DNA of 64,000 bases from Antedon mediterranea (lineage: Eukaryota; Animalia; Echinodermata). The translations under genes were made by a program, and so were the position numbers. Shown here piece by piece: positions 42,331 through 54,800 of this stretch. Below the pieces are notes generated by a model. The model worked only from the letters and a program-made list of their open reading frames with translations, was not told the origin of the DNA and did no database searches. The stretch is from the NCBI RefSeq assembly GCF_964355755.1, contig NC_092679.1, positions 16,289,432-16,353,431 of the forward strand, given 5' to 3'. The number at the start of each line of letters is the position of its first letter. Position 1 is the stretch's first letter.

Positions 42331-43872
42331 GTGGTTCACCCTTTATTTATGTATTTTATGATTCACCAACAAGATTACTGGTACAAAAATACCCTCTTTA
42401 TAATTTATTCACTGATTGGCCTAATAAAATATTGTAGACTTTACGGACCGGCACGATGAAATAAATGTTATTGTACATGATGATCAATATATTATATTTT
42501 AGCTTAAACCAACCAAAATGTTAATAGTTGAGACTGGGAAAATATAAGGTCTACCTACTAAATAGTAGAAGTTAACACCAATTTGGATAGAGACTGGTCA
42601 TTTCTATAACAAAAATACGGACAGGACTTGCCTAGCCTACTGTAAATATAAAAACTCTCTGATCAAAATATTTGCTTTTACAATTAACTATTTCATAGGC
42701 TGGTCAAAATCACAATTTTAAATATACAAAATACAATATATAAACACAGAATTAAAAGCAACACGTATTAGGCCTATGGTTAAAATTGGATTGAATGAAA
42801 AGGTAAAATTGCGTTAATTGGTAACCCTTTCTTCCTTTATTTTTTCTTCGAGGAGAAAGGGCTACTGTCGGTTTATCCATGTAAGCTAGGCACCAAATAT
42901 ACTAAAATACTCAAGCACTGATTCTTCACTGTCCTATGGATTTAAAACGAATAATCGTCGACTTGTAAGTATCAACAATCCTACGGCCACTTTCTATAAA
43001 CGCTCCGAATCCAGTTCAGTTCATCTTTAATGAATTTACTCAATGTAGAGAGCAGAGCAACGACTTGACATAAACCATATAATGCCGGCATTATGTCAAC
43101 ATCAGCATCGTAAAGAATAAACATTTCTGGTAACATACATCATATTTGCAACTAAATTAACATTTTCAAGGCAATATTCATTTCGAGCTATCGTGTGATG
43201 TTTACAATAGAAAAGGTATAATAGTATACCTTTATATTTAAAATCATTTATTGAATTAATTGGGGCACGAGTGAAATTAGGCCTACTGTAATTTCACGGG
43301 GTTTTCTCTGATTGAATATTAGGCTAATGGTTTTCGATTCTTTACATTAAAGCAAAAGTTGAAAAATAATTTCATCATTACAATTAAAATTAATCTTTGT
43401 TAATTAACAGACAACATAGTTGCAAAATAACTTTATATATGTTAGATCTATTAAATCTCTGGTTGAGAATTTTGGCGGAATTTTCAAACCGTTCTCGTTT
43501 AAGTCGTATCCGTCACCATTTCGATACGATATGAGGCCCCGACTGAACATGACTGATATAGCTGTTGCAAGAGATATTCATTTGTATATCAAATGACGAG
43601 TTCACAAAAAAGGGTTTCATTAAGAACTGGATAAGTTAACATCATATCTAGGAGTTACCGTATCACAGTAATGGAAACCCGACACGTTGAATCTTGATTA
43701 TTATTAGGCCTAGAACAGTTAACAGTAACATTATCTAAACTTTGCGATTCATGTGATCAGGTTAGTTAATTAGATCGTAGAGTGTTAAATTAAAAACATA
43801 CGGTGAAATGAAATATTGACGAACAAAAAAAAAGGTAATTCAAATATTGCGAACAAAATGTCAACACATTTA

Positions 43873-44581
43873 AGCGTGGTTCCCACTAGCGACGCAACGC
43901 AAGGACGTAAACCCAACGCAAGCGTTTTAACCAATGACAAGCGAAGTTATAGACAGTAAAGCGTGGTTTCCACTAGCGACGTAAAGCTTGGTTCCCACTA
44001 GAACGTAAAGCTTGGTTCCCACTAGAACGTAACGCAAGGACGTAAACGCAACGCAAGCGTTTACACAAGGACGTAACGCAACGGAAGTGAATTGACCAAT
44101 CACAAGCGATGGCTTATTCGCTTGTGATTGCTAAAGCGTGGTTCCCACTAGCAACGCAACGGAAGGACGTAACGCAACGCAAGTGAATTGACCAATCACA
44201 AGCGATGGCTTATTCGCTTTTGATTGCTAACTGTCTATAACTTCGCTTGTCATTGGTTAAAACGCTTGCGTTGCGTTTACGTCCTTGCGTTACGTTCTAG
44301 TGGGAACCAAGCTTAACTGTCTATAACTTCGCTTGTCATTGGTTAAAACGCTTGCGTTGCGTTTACGTCCTTGCGTTACGTTCTAGTGGGAACCAAGCTT
44401 AAAGCGTGGTTCCCACTAGCGACGCAACGCAAGGACGTAACGCAACGCAAGTGAATTGACCAATCACAAGCGATGGCTTTTTCGCTTGTGATTGCTAACT
44501 GTATATAACTTCGCTTGTCATTGGTTAAAACGCTTGCGTTGCGTTTACGTCCTTGCGTTACGTTCTAGTGGGAACTAAGCT
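43873..44581. mobile_element. stack of nested and tandem ~179-bp Harbinger-type MITEs (family I)
   Basis: TIR AGCGTGGTTCCCACTAG / CTAGTGGGAACCAAGCT. Complete copies at 44135-44313 and 44403-44581 are each flanked by TAA; several further ends are present. Confidence 0.9.
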
Positions 44582-44988
44582 TAAGCTTTATACATAACCC
44601 CGTTACTGTACCATACACAATGTGTACGAAAATATATTTATTTTGTTCTTTCTAAAAGGAAATAAATGTTATTTTAAATTGAATATATATTAATATATAA
44701 AATAGTACATTTTGTTTTAATCTTAAAGGATGCTTATTAATAGCGATTGGCTTTACAAAACATTTTTTTTCTTAATATTGTGATACAGTTGAATAAATCG
44801 GGAGATATTGATGACTATAATGTGTCGAGTTATATCATTTTATTATCGCGTTTTCCATTTCGACTGATCGTCATGGCGAGACGAAATTATAAACACTACT
44901 GTCAAGCTTACAAGTAGGAGAAATTACTTATAATTATCATTCTAGAAAGTAAGCCGATGTCACTGGAGAGTTCATCTCCGCTCCTTCA

Positions 44989-45102
44989 TTAAGCGTGGTT
45001 CCCACTAGCGACGCAACACAAGGACGTAACGCAACGCAAGTGAATTGACCAATCACAAGCGTTACGTCCTTGTGTTGCGTCGCTAGTGGGAACCACGCTT
45101 AA
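44989..45102. mobile_element. family I MITE fold-back derivative (perfect 44-bp arms)
   Basis: The arms are exact reverse complements around a 26-nt spacer. Confidence 0.9.
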
Positions 45103-45144
45103 GGGAAACACTGATACTTGGTTGACGAGACGGTCCTTATGTAA

Positions 45145-45369
45145 AGCGTGATTCCCACTAGCGACGCAACGTAACGCAACGCAGCGAAGTTTTTACGCAA
45201 AGTAGTGTATTGCGTAATCACAACAAGTGGGAACCGACGACGACTCAATAGTGCTGCAAACATCGCAGCTCTGATTTCACGCAGCCGGGGTGGGGACACA
45301 ATTATTAGAAGGGCATTTGCCTACGTTGCGTAGATTGCGTTACGTTGCGTCACTAGTGGGAACAAAGCT
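45145..45369. mobile_element. family I-related MITE with a different interior
   Basis: AGCGTGATTCCCACTAGCGACGCAACG ... CGTTGCGTCACTAGTGGGAACAAAGCT. A family I fragment also lies at ~16375-16451. Confidence 0.8.
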
Positions 45370-46536
45370 TTATGTAATTCCATTTGCACAGTTGCAAATC
45401 AAGGTCCATATTTTACTTTATACACCAATCACACGTAAGTGAGATATTTCCCTCTTAAATTGTATTCACTTAGATAGATTTTTAACAATTTTTTAGGGCG
45501 TTTGGTGGATTTTGAAATAATGACCTAAAATTAAGTGGCGAGCGTAACATAATGACCTATGTTTTGCAATGCAGTTCTCTAATTTTTAGGGTGGAGGAGT
45601 AGTAGGCTGGGCCCCAATCGATCCGGCATGTAGGCCTACACGATCCTCTGGAAAGACCATCTACAAAATATTTGGCAATTGGAACTTCTTCTTTTTAATG
45701 GTAATCACATAAACACAGCTAATACAACAAGTGGTACTGGTGGTTGTCTAATTATTGCCAAGTATTAAAACATTTTATTACACCCATAAAACAAAATATA
45801 GTTAGCCTAAAGATAATTACATACAAAAAATTAGTCACAATTTCCATGATTCAATCGTATAATAAATCTAGAACAATGTTAATATATTTTATCATTGTAT
45901 TTACTTATTTGAGTGAAAACACAATATTAATTCTATCTTTTAATTGTTCTAGTCTAATGATAGATGAAAGCAATAAGAGTTAAGGATAGGCAGTCTTGAT
46001 AGAAACTTTTATTTTTCAGTCGCGTTCTTACACGATACGGTGGTACAGCACTAATTCTTGGGGCAGTGATTAAATTGTACTACCTTTTCAGTCACTTTTA
46101 TCATGATATGGTGGAACCATGATCATATAATTATATATACTGTATATCTATATTTTTATACAAATATAAATTTCCAAAACAATCAATAAAGATAATTCAA
46201 ATTGAATTGGTATTTTGAAATTTGGGGAGCAGTCAAAATGTTATGCACTTAATTCTTTTAGGAGATTAAGCTAAATTTTAAAAACATCAATTATTCTACT
46301 AGAGTTTTGCTATTAGTTTTGCTACTACCGAGGTTTTTTTGTTTGTAATTGCTCCTACAAAAACTGAACATTTTAACAAACTTGCCAGATTACAAATGCT
46401 CAATGCGAAAGAGATATTTTCATACCTACCATACACAATTACAGACGGAAAGCGTTTCATTATTAACAAACAAATTAAAATATTGACAAATCTGATTGGT
46501 AGTTTTGTTGTTGTTATGTCTACATGCAACATTATA

Positions 46537-47144
46537 TAAACAAGAAATATTTCTTACAAAAAACGCTGCTCGTTTATTGACGTAACAGTTTTAAAGATAT
46601 ATTGTCCCTCTGAAAAATATTTTTTATTTCAAATTTGTTTTTGAATGTGTCATTTTATTGTCACATAATAGTTATTTTACCTGAAAAAAATGTAATTAAA
46701 AGCAAAAAATACTTCAATTGTCTGTCAGACAATGTGGTTTTTGAGTTATAATTAAACGTTTCTTTTCTCTTTTTATAATGTGAATTTTGTTACAGAAGTG
46801 AATAACTTTGATATGAAACAGACTCAATTTAGTTTATTTATTGCTAAGGTCAAGTCTGGGGGTCACTTCATCAGGCCTCATAGATACTTCAAGTGTGAAG
46901 TATCATATTACAAACAAAAACTTTCATGGACTGTTTTGATATTAATTCAATGATTATCTGACAGTGAAATACAGTATTATCATGGGACTCATAAATACCA
47001 GAAATGCAGCTGCTACCTATAAATTATCGTGGAGTTTCCATTTTAACAAAAATGTCAAAGTGTAGTACTATAACTGCTGCTTGATTTCATCTAATTAATG
47101 AATCATCTCGTGTGACGTAGCGGGCTAGAGCTGCAGCGTGAAAA
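46537..47144 (-). mobile_element. Helentron/HINE-like element, diverged copy 3
   Basis: Same ends and collinear interior as 31388-31978, with indels. Confidence 0.7.
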
Positions 47145-47163
47145 TATATTATGTTTACGTTAA

Positions 47164-47461
47164 AGATGCATTGTCCCCCAAAAAATGAAAAATGAAGATT
47201 AATAAAATCAGACTTTGAATAGGCCATTTTTTAGTTTTACAAAGTTAATCACTTCAGTAGAAAAAAATTATGTTTTCACTTATAAACTAACAAAATAAAT
47301 GGTTAAATTCAACCAAAAAATATTGGCTGGCAGCCGATGTGACTATTTTTGCTATAAATTGCATTTTTTCAAGTAAATAACTATTATGTGACATTAAAAT
47401 GGCATATTGAACAAAAACAAATTTTTAAAAAATAATTTTTTTTTAGGGGGACAATATATCT
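47164..47461. mobile_element. Kolobok-like MITE
   Basis: TTAA-AGATGCATTGTCCCC ... GGGGACAATATATCT-TTAA. Confidence 0.75.
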
Positions 47462-48144
47462 TTAAATGGAACAGAATTGTAATGTCAAATGGAGAGTATG
47501 AAAAAACTTGGTTAGACTAATTTTCAGTCACAGGCCCTCACTGAACTTTCTAATCTTGCACATAATTGATTGAATTATAACAGCACACTTCAAATTCTCA
47601 TGAATATAACATCCAATATAAAAATAAAGTGCCCTATTAAAACAAGACTTTAAAAAACAAACGCACAGGCAATCACCATGAGTACATGATACCAGGAGGA
47701 AAGAGGGAAATTACAATTTAATTAATTGTTTCACTCTTCCCTGATGATAACTACAATGTTTCTGGGTGCACATGTAACATCAACTTGTGGCTAATTCCTT
47801 TCCAACTAACTACAGTTAACAGGCCTGTAAACATGATAAGTGGAACAGTGAAAAGGGGCTAGGCTTCCTATGGAGGGTCACAGGAACCTAGTGCACTATC
47901 TTACATGGCTATGCCTACAATATTGTTCAACACTACCGTACAGACAGTAGGCCTAGGACACAAAAACCTGTTGGCAAATTGTTAGGATAGAAAAACAAAT
48001 TTTGTTAATTGAGATACAGTTCATTAATTGTAAACCAGTATTAATGTAATGTTATGTATTATTTCCATGACTGATAATGTTAAAATGTTTTTGGGCCCCT
48101 AATCTAAATGAACATTTTTCATACAACTTTATTATTTGTCATTA

Positions 48145-48472
48145 TACAGAAGAACACCTATTAGAGGACACCGTTAGGACTCCAAATAATGTCCTCTTCT
48201 GAAGGGGGTCCACTAAATAAGGGCCGACTGTATAGTAGTGTAAAAACATATATTTTCCTTCCCTTGTTTATCGTGAAAAACTGTCCTCTTAATAGGGGTG
48301 CCCCACCCCTATTAAAGGGACACTGGTAGGACTTCAAATAATGTCCTCTTCAGAAGGGTCACCTAAATAAGGGCCGACTGTAGTGTAAAAACATATCTTT
48401 TCCTTCCCTTGTTCATTGTGAAAAACTGTTCCCTTAATAGGGGTGCCCCACCCCTATTAAGAGTTTTCTACT
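48145..48472. repeat. tandem pogo-like MITE pieces (GGGGACAC family) downstream of the CLPTM1 stop
   Basis: A ~160-bp block is duplicated (CCTATTA...GGACAC...GTCCTCTTC...TAATAGGGGTGCCCCACCC). Relatives at ~5575-5750, 21670-21856 and 49178-49290. Confidence 0.7.
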
Positions 48473-48602
48473 CTATTATAAAATTAAAAACAGAACATAA
48501 TCTAATACAATTTACCAAGATATAAAAGAAAGCTTGCACCCAATATATATATATAACACAGACACCTACAAGGGTTTACGAGGACAATCACAAGGTCAAA
48601 GG

Positions 48603-48835
48603 TTAATCTTCCTTCTTCTCTGTGGCTGACTTGGATGGGGCAGGTTTAACTTTGACATCTTCACTAGTACTTTCAGTTTCTTTCTTCTCAACGGCTCCTT
48701 CGGCGCCCTCCACGGCCTGTGGCAGTTTCTCGCCATTGGCTCCGTGCATTTCTCCTGTCGTACCAAACTCGTTGACCCTGGAGTAGTCGATAGGATAGAT
48801 CCATCGTTGGTACAAATAAATAAGAAATATGACAT
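48603..48835 (-). CDS. CLPTM1: CLPTM1 exon 14 (terminal)
   Basis: VIFLIYLYQRWIYPIDYSRVNEFG...EKKED*; the C-terminal KKxx is an ER-retrieval-type motif. Confidence 0.95.
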
Positions 48836-51800
48836 CTAAAAAAGATACAAAAATAAGAGGCGGCTGATAAATTAAATCAAATCTTCATTTTCACAGAAAA
48901 ATTGTTTTGACAGAAAATATGGTAAAACATTCACAATTACATCATACATAGAAGAAAATTACAATTAAAAACAATCATTAAAACATACATCAATCCCACA
49001 TAAAAATACTATGTTATATTTAGGTTAAAAATGATACTCCCATTTAAAAAACTGTAAAACAAACAAAAGAAATATAAATATGACGTGTGAAAAAAAAAAT
49101 CATGGAAAAATATTATTATACATCATTTTTATAAATATGTTATTTTTTTTCTTCCAATATATCATTTTAATTCTAATACAGTAGAACCATTTTTATGTAA
49201 AACAAGAGGCACTGTAATCCATTTCCAGGGGACACCCCTAAAGGAACACTGGGTTCTAAAAAAGGTCGCCTTTATAGGGCTCCTACTGTATGAAAAAGCT
49301 ATACTGTGTATAATCCCATGTTAAATATAATTCCCACCTCCTAATTAATAACAATATCCTGGATTTATATCGCCAAATGTTGTGAAACCTCTAAGCGCTG
49401 TACACAAACTAATACAATAAAAGGGATTCCAACCATGCCACAAAAAAACCCAAACCGAAGTAAGGGGATACGCCCTCGTCGCTAACCATGTATCGGTCTA
49501 ATTGAACCCTGGTCAGCACCAGTTGTGTATCGGTCATCCCGGACTCAGACGCCTCCTGTTCCAATTTAGGCAAAATTCGGACACAAGACTTTGCTAAATC
49601 CATAATACAATCTAATTTTATACTGAGGCTCCCTGGGACTACACTAGGTCATATACTAATAATATATGCCACCTACCATCTCTAAGACATCCAATACGAT
49701 AGAGCGTTGGCATATGGATTACGAATGCGAAGATGTCATCTATAAACGTATTCAGAGCTTTGTACGTTAACATACGCCACGGTAGATGAGCTATGGATTT
49801 CATCTTGTAATTTATAAACAGCTGAGGAGTCATCATAATGAAACCTAACGCCAAGAAAGAAATATGAGAATACAAAAAAACATTTAAAGTGTTGTAATAT
49901 ATTATGATGTATTAAAAAGTATTATGCTCTGTCGACACTATTAAACTAGTTTGACAAATGTGCCCAAATATGGTAGTGATATGATGACATTATCGTGTCC
50001 ATATATGGGCACATAACATTTTGTTATCTATCACATAAAGTTTGATTGTGTAGACAGAGCTTTATGAGTGGTTGGGTTTTGAATTGCAATGCACAGAAAG
50101 TGTGCTATAGTTTTCAATTCAATTTTAATTTCAGACAAACTGTCCATACATATAAATACAAACAAAAGAAAAGACATAGATTGCATTCTGTAACCTAAAC
50201 AAATGATGGAGAGGCCTAAGAATTATTCGTTGACACATATAATATAGTGTCTCTTTCCATTTAAAAAACATTCTGGAATCCATCAATATATTCATATATA
50301 TACAATTTATCATATTTTTGGGCAAAAACCCTCCAGTTTGAAGGATCTAAGTTAATTTATAGTTATATATAATTATATAGTTATTTTATGTCGGCAAATA
50401 AGTCTCATGTAGGGCTCGAACCCCGACCTGCCATTCATACTGTCTACACTATCAAACTTGTTTGACAAAAAAAGTGTGATGTACCCAAATATTATAGTAA
50501 TATTCCCAAGTATGGTAGTGATGACATCATCATGTCCATATTTGGGCACATCAACTTTTTTGTCACATCAAGATTGATAGTGTAGACAGAACGTTAGTTT
50601 CAACGGTAAGATTTAAGGGTACACATGTGTTCTTACCAAAAGTGAGAAGGAATCCATATAACATGTTTAACACCCACGAATACCAGCCTTTATGTTCTTG
50701 ATAGAAAAGTGAATAAATTGCAAAACCAGCTAACAATGGATACAGTAACCAAGACAAATACTTAAATGCCATCTGAAAATAAAAAGATATATAATAATAA
50801 TATTAACCACGACAATCCAAAAACAGTGCAAGGGTATGTTGGACGTTGATAATTTGATAACTTTATTTAACTTTATTTCGTCCACATAGGAAAATATTTT
50901 GAGTGCTTTTCACAAAATTGTACAAAAATATATAAAAACGTTTCATATAAAAAAAATTAATTACAATATTTAAAAACACTATATATAATTTAACAATGTA
51001 CAAGTATGAACATAAGACTACAATTAACTAGATAAAAAATAAAAAGCTGCAATACATCAAAAATTATGCAAAATCATTTAACAGTCTAATAGAATACGGA
51101 ACAAAAGAATTAAAATATCGCATAACCCTACTATTGCAGTAGGGCTACTGATCGTGAGATCGTGGTTCGAATCCAACTCTCGCCGCATTGCTTGTATCCT
51201 TGGGCAATGCATCCTTGGGCAAGATACTTTATTTACGTTTGCCTCTCTTCACCCAGGTGTATGAATGGGTACCCGGTTAGATTAAGACACAACTTTGCAC
51301 TGATTACTAGCTGCATCAGAAGTTTAAGTAGATTTAATTGGACCAAAAACTGTTAGTAGTAGTAGTAGTAGCTAATGTTTTATTTTTATTTTCTTACTAA
51401 CCTTGTCAAACTGTTTTGTTTCTGATTCTACATATGTTGACTTATCTTCGTAAGTTATCCATGGTAAAAATCCCAAAAAGTGACGATCAGGATCAACCTA
51501 AAGAAAAGGTAAAAATCAAATTATTCAGGGCATTTTTCAAACTTCCAACTCAAACAAGAATAAAAAACATATCACACATACAATTTGGTGGAACCATTCC
51601 TAACATTCCCCTGGACAGACAGACAAAAGTTCCAAGACACAAATTACAAGTAAAGCTCTGTTTACACTATCATACTAGTTTGACAAAAAAAGTGTGATGT
51701 GCCTAAATATGGTGTTGATATGCCTAAATATGGTAGCAATATGACATCATCATGTCCATATATGAGCACATCCCATTTGTCACATAATGTTTGATAGTGT

Positions 51801-54800
51801 AGATAGAGCTTTAGGATTTACCTTAAAATAAATTCTGTTTATATACCCACTAACCTTAATTGTAACAACTTTAGTTATTTTCCAACAGTCGATTAGAAGA
51901 CCAATAAAGATACTGACTTTGATAACAAAGTTTGTTTCATTATCAAGAATATATAAAAGAACGATCAGCGACTGGAATACACCAAAGAACACAGAGCGCA
52001 CAGAAAGGCCCTCCAATGACTTGCGATTGTTCCAAAACTGAATATCTGAAAAAGAGGAGACAAACGATGATGTACTTATAAAATAACAATGTTATCCGAC
52101 ATTGATGCCCAGAAAGTTGGAGAAACCAACAATCAGCCATTACATTACGTGGGCCCCAGAGCTTAAGGCACACCAGAGCATGTCCAATGCAACTATCCAG
52201 CATTGAAGGGCCCCTTAAGTGCATTCCCCCCACCCCTGTGATGTACTACATAGTACACCAGGGTAACCTCCTACTCGTCTCAAAAAATGTATTAGGTCCT
52301 TTTAAGTCCACATGATCTAGATGTGTACACTGGACCTACGGTTTATAGGTCCAAGAAGACTTGTTCTACCACCAGAACCATTGTGTCACACCTTGTACAT
52401 TCCTACCCACTCCCGTAGAGCCACAGATGGCACTTAAAGATGGACAAGTTAACAACTTACCACCCACTCCTGTACAGCCACAGATGGCACTTATAGATGG
52501 ACAAGTTGACAACTTACCACCCACTCCCGTAGAGCCACAGATGGCACTTATAGATGGACAAGTTAACAACTTACCACCCACTCCTGTAGAGCCACAGATG
52601 GCACTTATAGATGGACAAGTTAACAACTTACCACCCACTCCCGTAGAGCCACAGATGGCACTTATAGATGGACAAGTTGACAACTTACCACCCACTCCCG
52701 TAGAGCCACAGATGGCACTTATAGATGGACAAGTTAACAACTTACCACCCACTCCCGTAGAGACAAAGATGGCACTTATAGATAGACAAGTTGACAACTT
52801 ACCACCCACTCCTGTAGAGCCACAGATGGCACTTATAGATGGACAAGTTAACAACTTACCACCCACTCCTGTACAGCAACAGATGGCACTTATAGATGGA
52901 CAAGTTAACAACTTACCACCCACTCCCGTAGAGCCACAGATGGCACTTATAGATGGACAAGTTGACAACTTACCACCCACTCCCGTAGAGCCACAGATGG
53001 CACTTATAGATAGACAAGTTGACAACTTACCACCCACTCCCGTAGAGCCACAGATGGCACTTATAGATAGACAAGTTGACAACTTACCACCCACTCCTGT
53101 AGAGCCACAGATGGCACTTATAGATGGACAAGTTAACAACTTACCACCAACTCCTGTACAGCCACAGATGGCACTTATAGATGGACAAGTTAACAACTTA
53201 CCACCCACTCCTGTACAGCCACAGATGGCACTTATAGATGGACAAGTTAACAACTTACCACCCACTCCTGTACAGCCACAGATGGCACTTATAGATGGAC
53301 AAGTTAACAACTTACCACCCACTCCTGTACAGCCACAGATGGCACTTATAGATGGACAAGTTAACAACTTACCACCCACTCCTGTACAGCCACAGATGGC
53401 ACTTATAGATGGACAAGTTAACAACTTACCACCCACTCCTGTACAGCCACAGATGGCACTTATAGATGGACAAGTTAAAAACTTACCACCCACTTCTGTA
53501 CAGCCACAGATGGCACTTATAGATGGACAAGTTAACAACTTACCATTCTTAAAAGCAAGAAACTCAAACACACTGTGCACAATAGATACAATAACTGTCA
53601 GTCCAAGAAGATATGGATTTGTGTCCAGCATAGCTCTCTGAAAAATAACACAAATTACATATTTAAATTGTACAAAAAGAAATATATAGATAATAGATAA
53701 TTTAAAGATAAGATACAGACCCCTCTGTAATAAGTTAAGCACAGATCACCCAACTCATTAATGTTTTGCACATTATTAACGCATTTAAACAGTGTATTAT
53801 TTAATGGGATGAAAACATTTGGGCATGCTCCCTTAGTACAATGCCATTTACATCTTTAATCAACATGACACTAAGCGCGCACTAAGGCAAGAATGCCTTT
53901 TGCCAAATTGGCTAAGAACGTCACGCACATCACAAGGTCCTCCTGGGTGATGGGTTTTTTAATGGCTGTTTACTAGGCCTAGATGGAATAGGAATAGAAT
54001 TACATGCACTTTTTAATAGATGCATCACTTATTACTGATTTAAAGCAATGGGCAAAGGATACATTAAGCAAGTATAACCTAAAGAGATATGTTTCTGTTG
54101 TTTGTGACAAGCCGTGTATTTGTTATTCAACTTACCTTAAAACTATCCTGATCCCCCTCTGAATCTACGCTATCCTCACCAAGTAACATACTCCATTGGG
54201 ATTTCATTCCCTGGGCGGCATAAAACTGCCATTTCATTAACGACAATGGGTAAAAGGTCAACGACAATGTCAATTTCCTGAAATCAATAAATAAATATAA
54301 ATTATAATATTATTATAATATAATAAATTTAACAAATGAATTTGTTTTATAATCAAATTTTATATTTTAGTCTTAGTTTTAGTTTAGACGCTAATTTAAT
54401 AATAGATAGAGCAGAAAAATTAATAAGGTTGTTTTTCTCTGTTATTGTAGGATGAAATATCTGTACAGGGGCTTAATTTTTGATGGAACACCAACCCTAA
54501 TCAAGAGGCAGATTAAGAATTTTTAAATGGGGGGATATCAACAGGGGAAATAAATAATTTGTAAAAAATACAGATAGCAAGTAGTAGTAGTAGTTCTAGT
54601 TTGAATTTTAGTTGTGAAGGGGGTTGGGGGGCATACGGCCCTAGTCTTGGGTCTGCTAATAAATCCTTAATAACTTCCTTGTAGCTGTTTAAGGATCTTA
54701 CAAAATTGACAATAACTTTCCGGGATAAATCTGCACAAGATCAATACATTCTATGCAGCCAACTTTCAGGTTACGAAAATGAAATGAAAAATACTTACGG

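Noticed and set aside
52405-53544. CRISPR-like array
   Set aside because: Units are contiguous near-identical repeats with no unique spacers, the context is eukaryotic, and there are no cas genes.
52361-53641. 426-aa plus-strand ORF of NLPPTPVEPQMALIDGQV repeats as a standalone gene
   Set aside because: It is the antisense reading of the intronic minisatellite. A stop-free 57-bp unit gives a long ORF automatically, the start is TTG, and there is no independent gene context.
52366-53742. 458-aa minus-strand ORF as an independent protein
   Set aside because: It is CLPTM1 exon 9 read through into intron 9. It is relevant only through the alternative-donor hypothesis.
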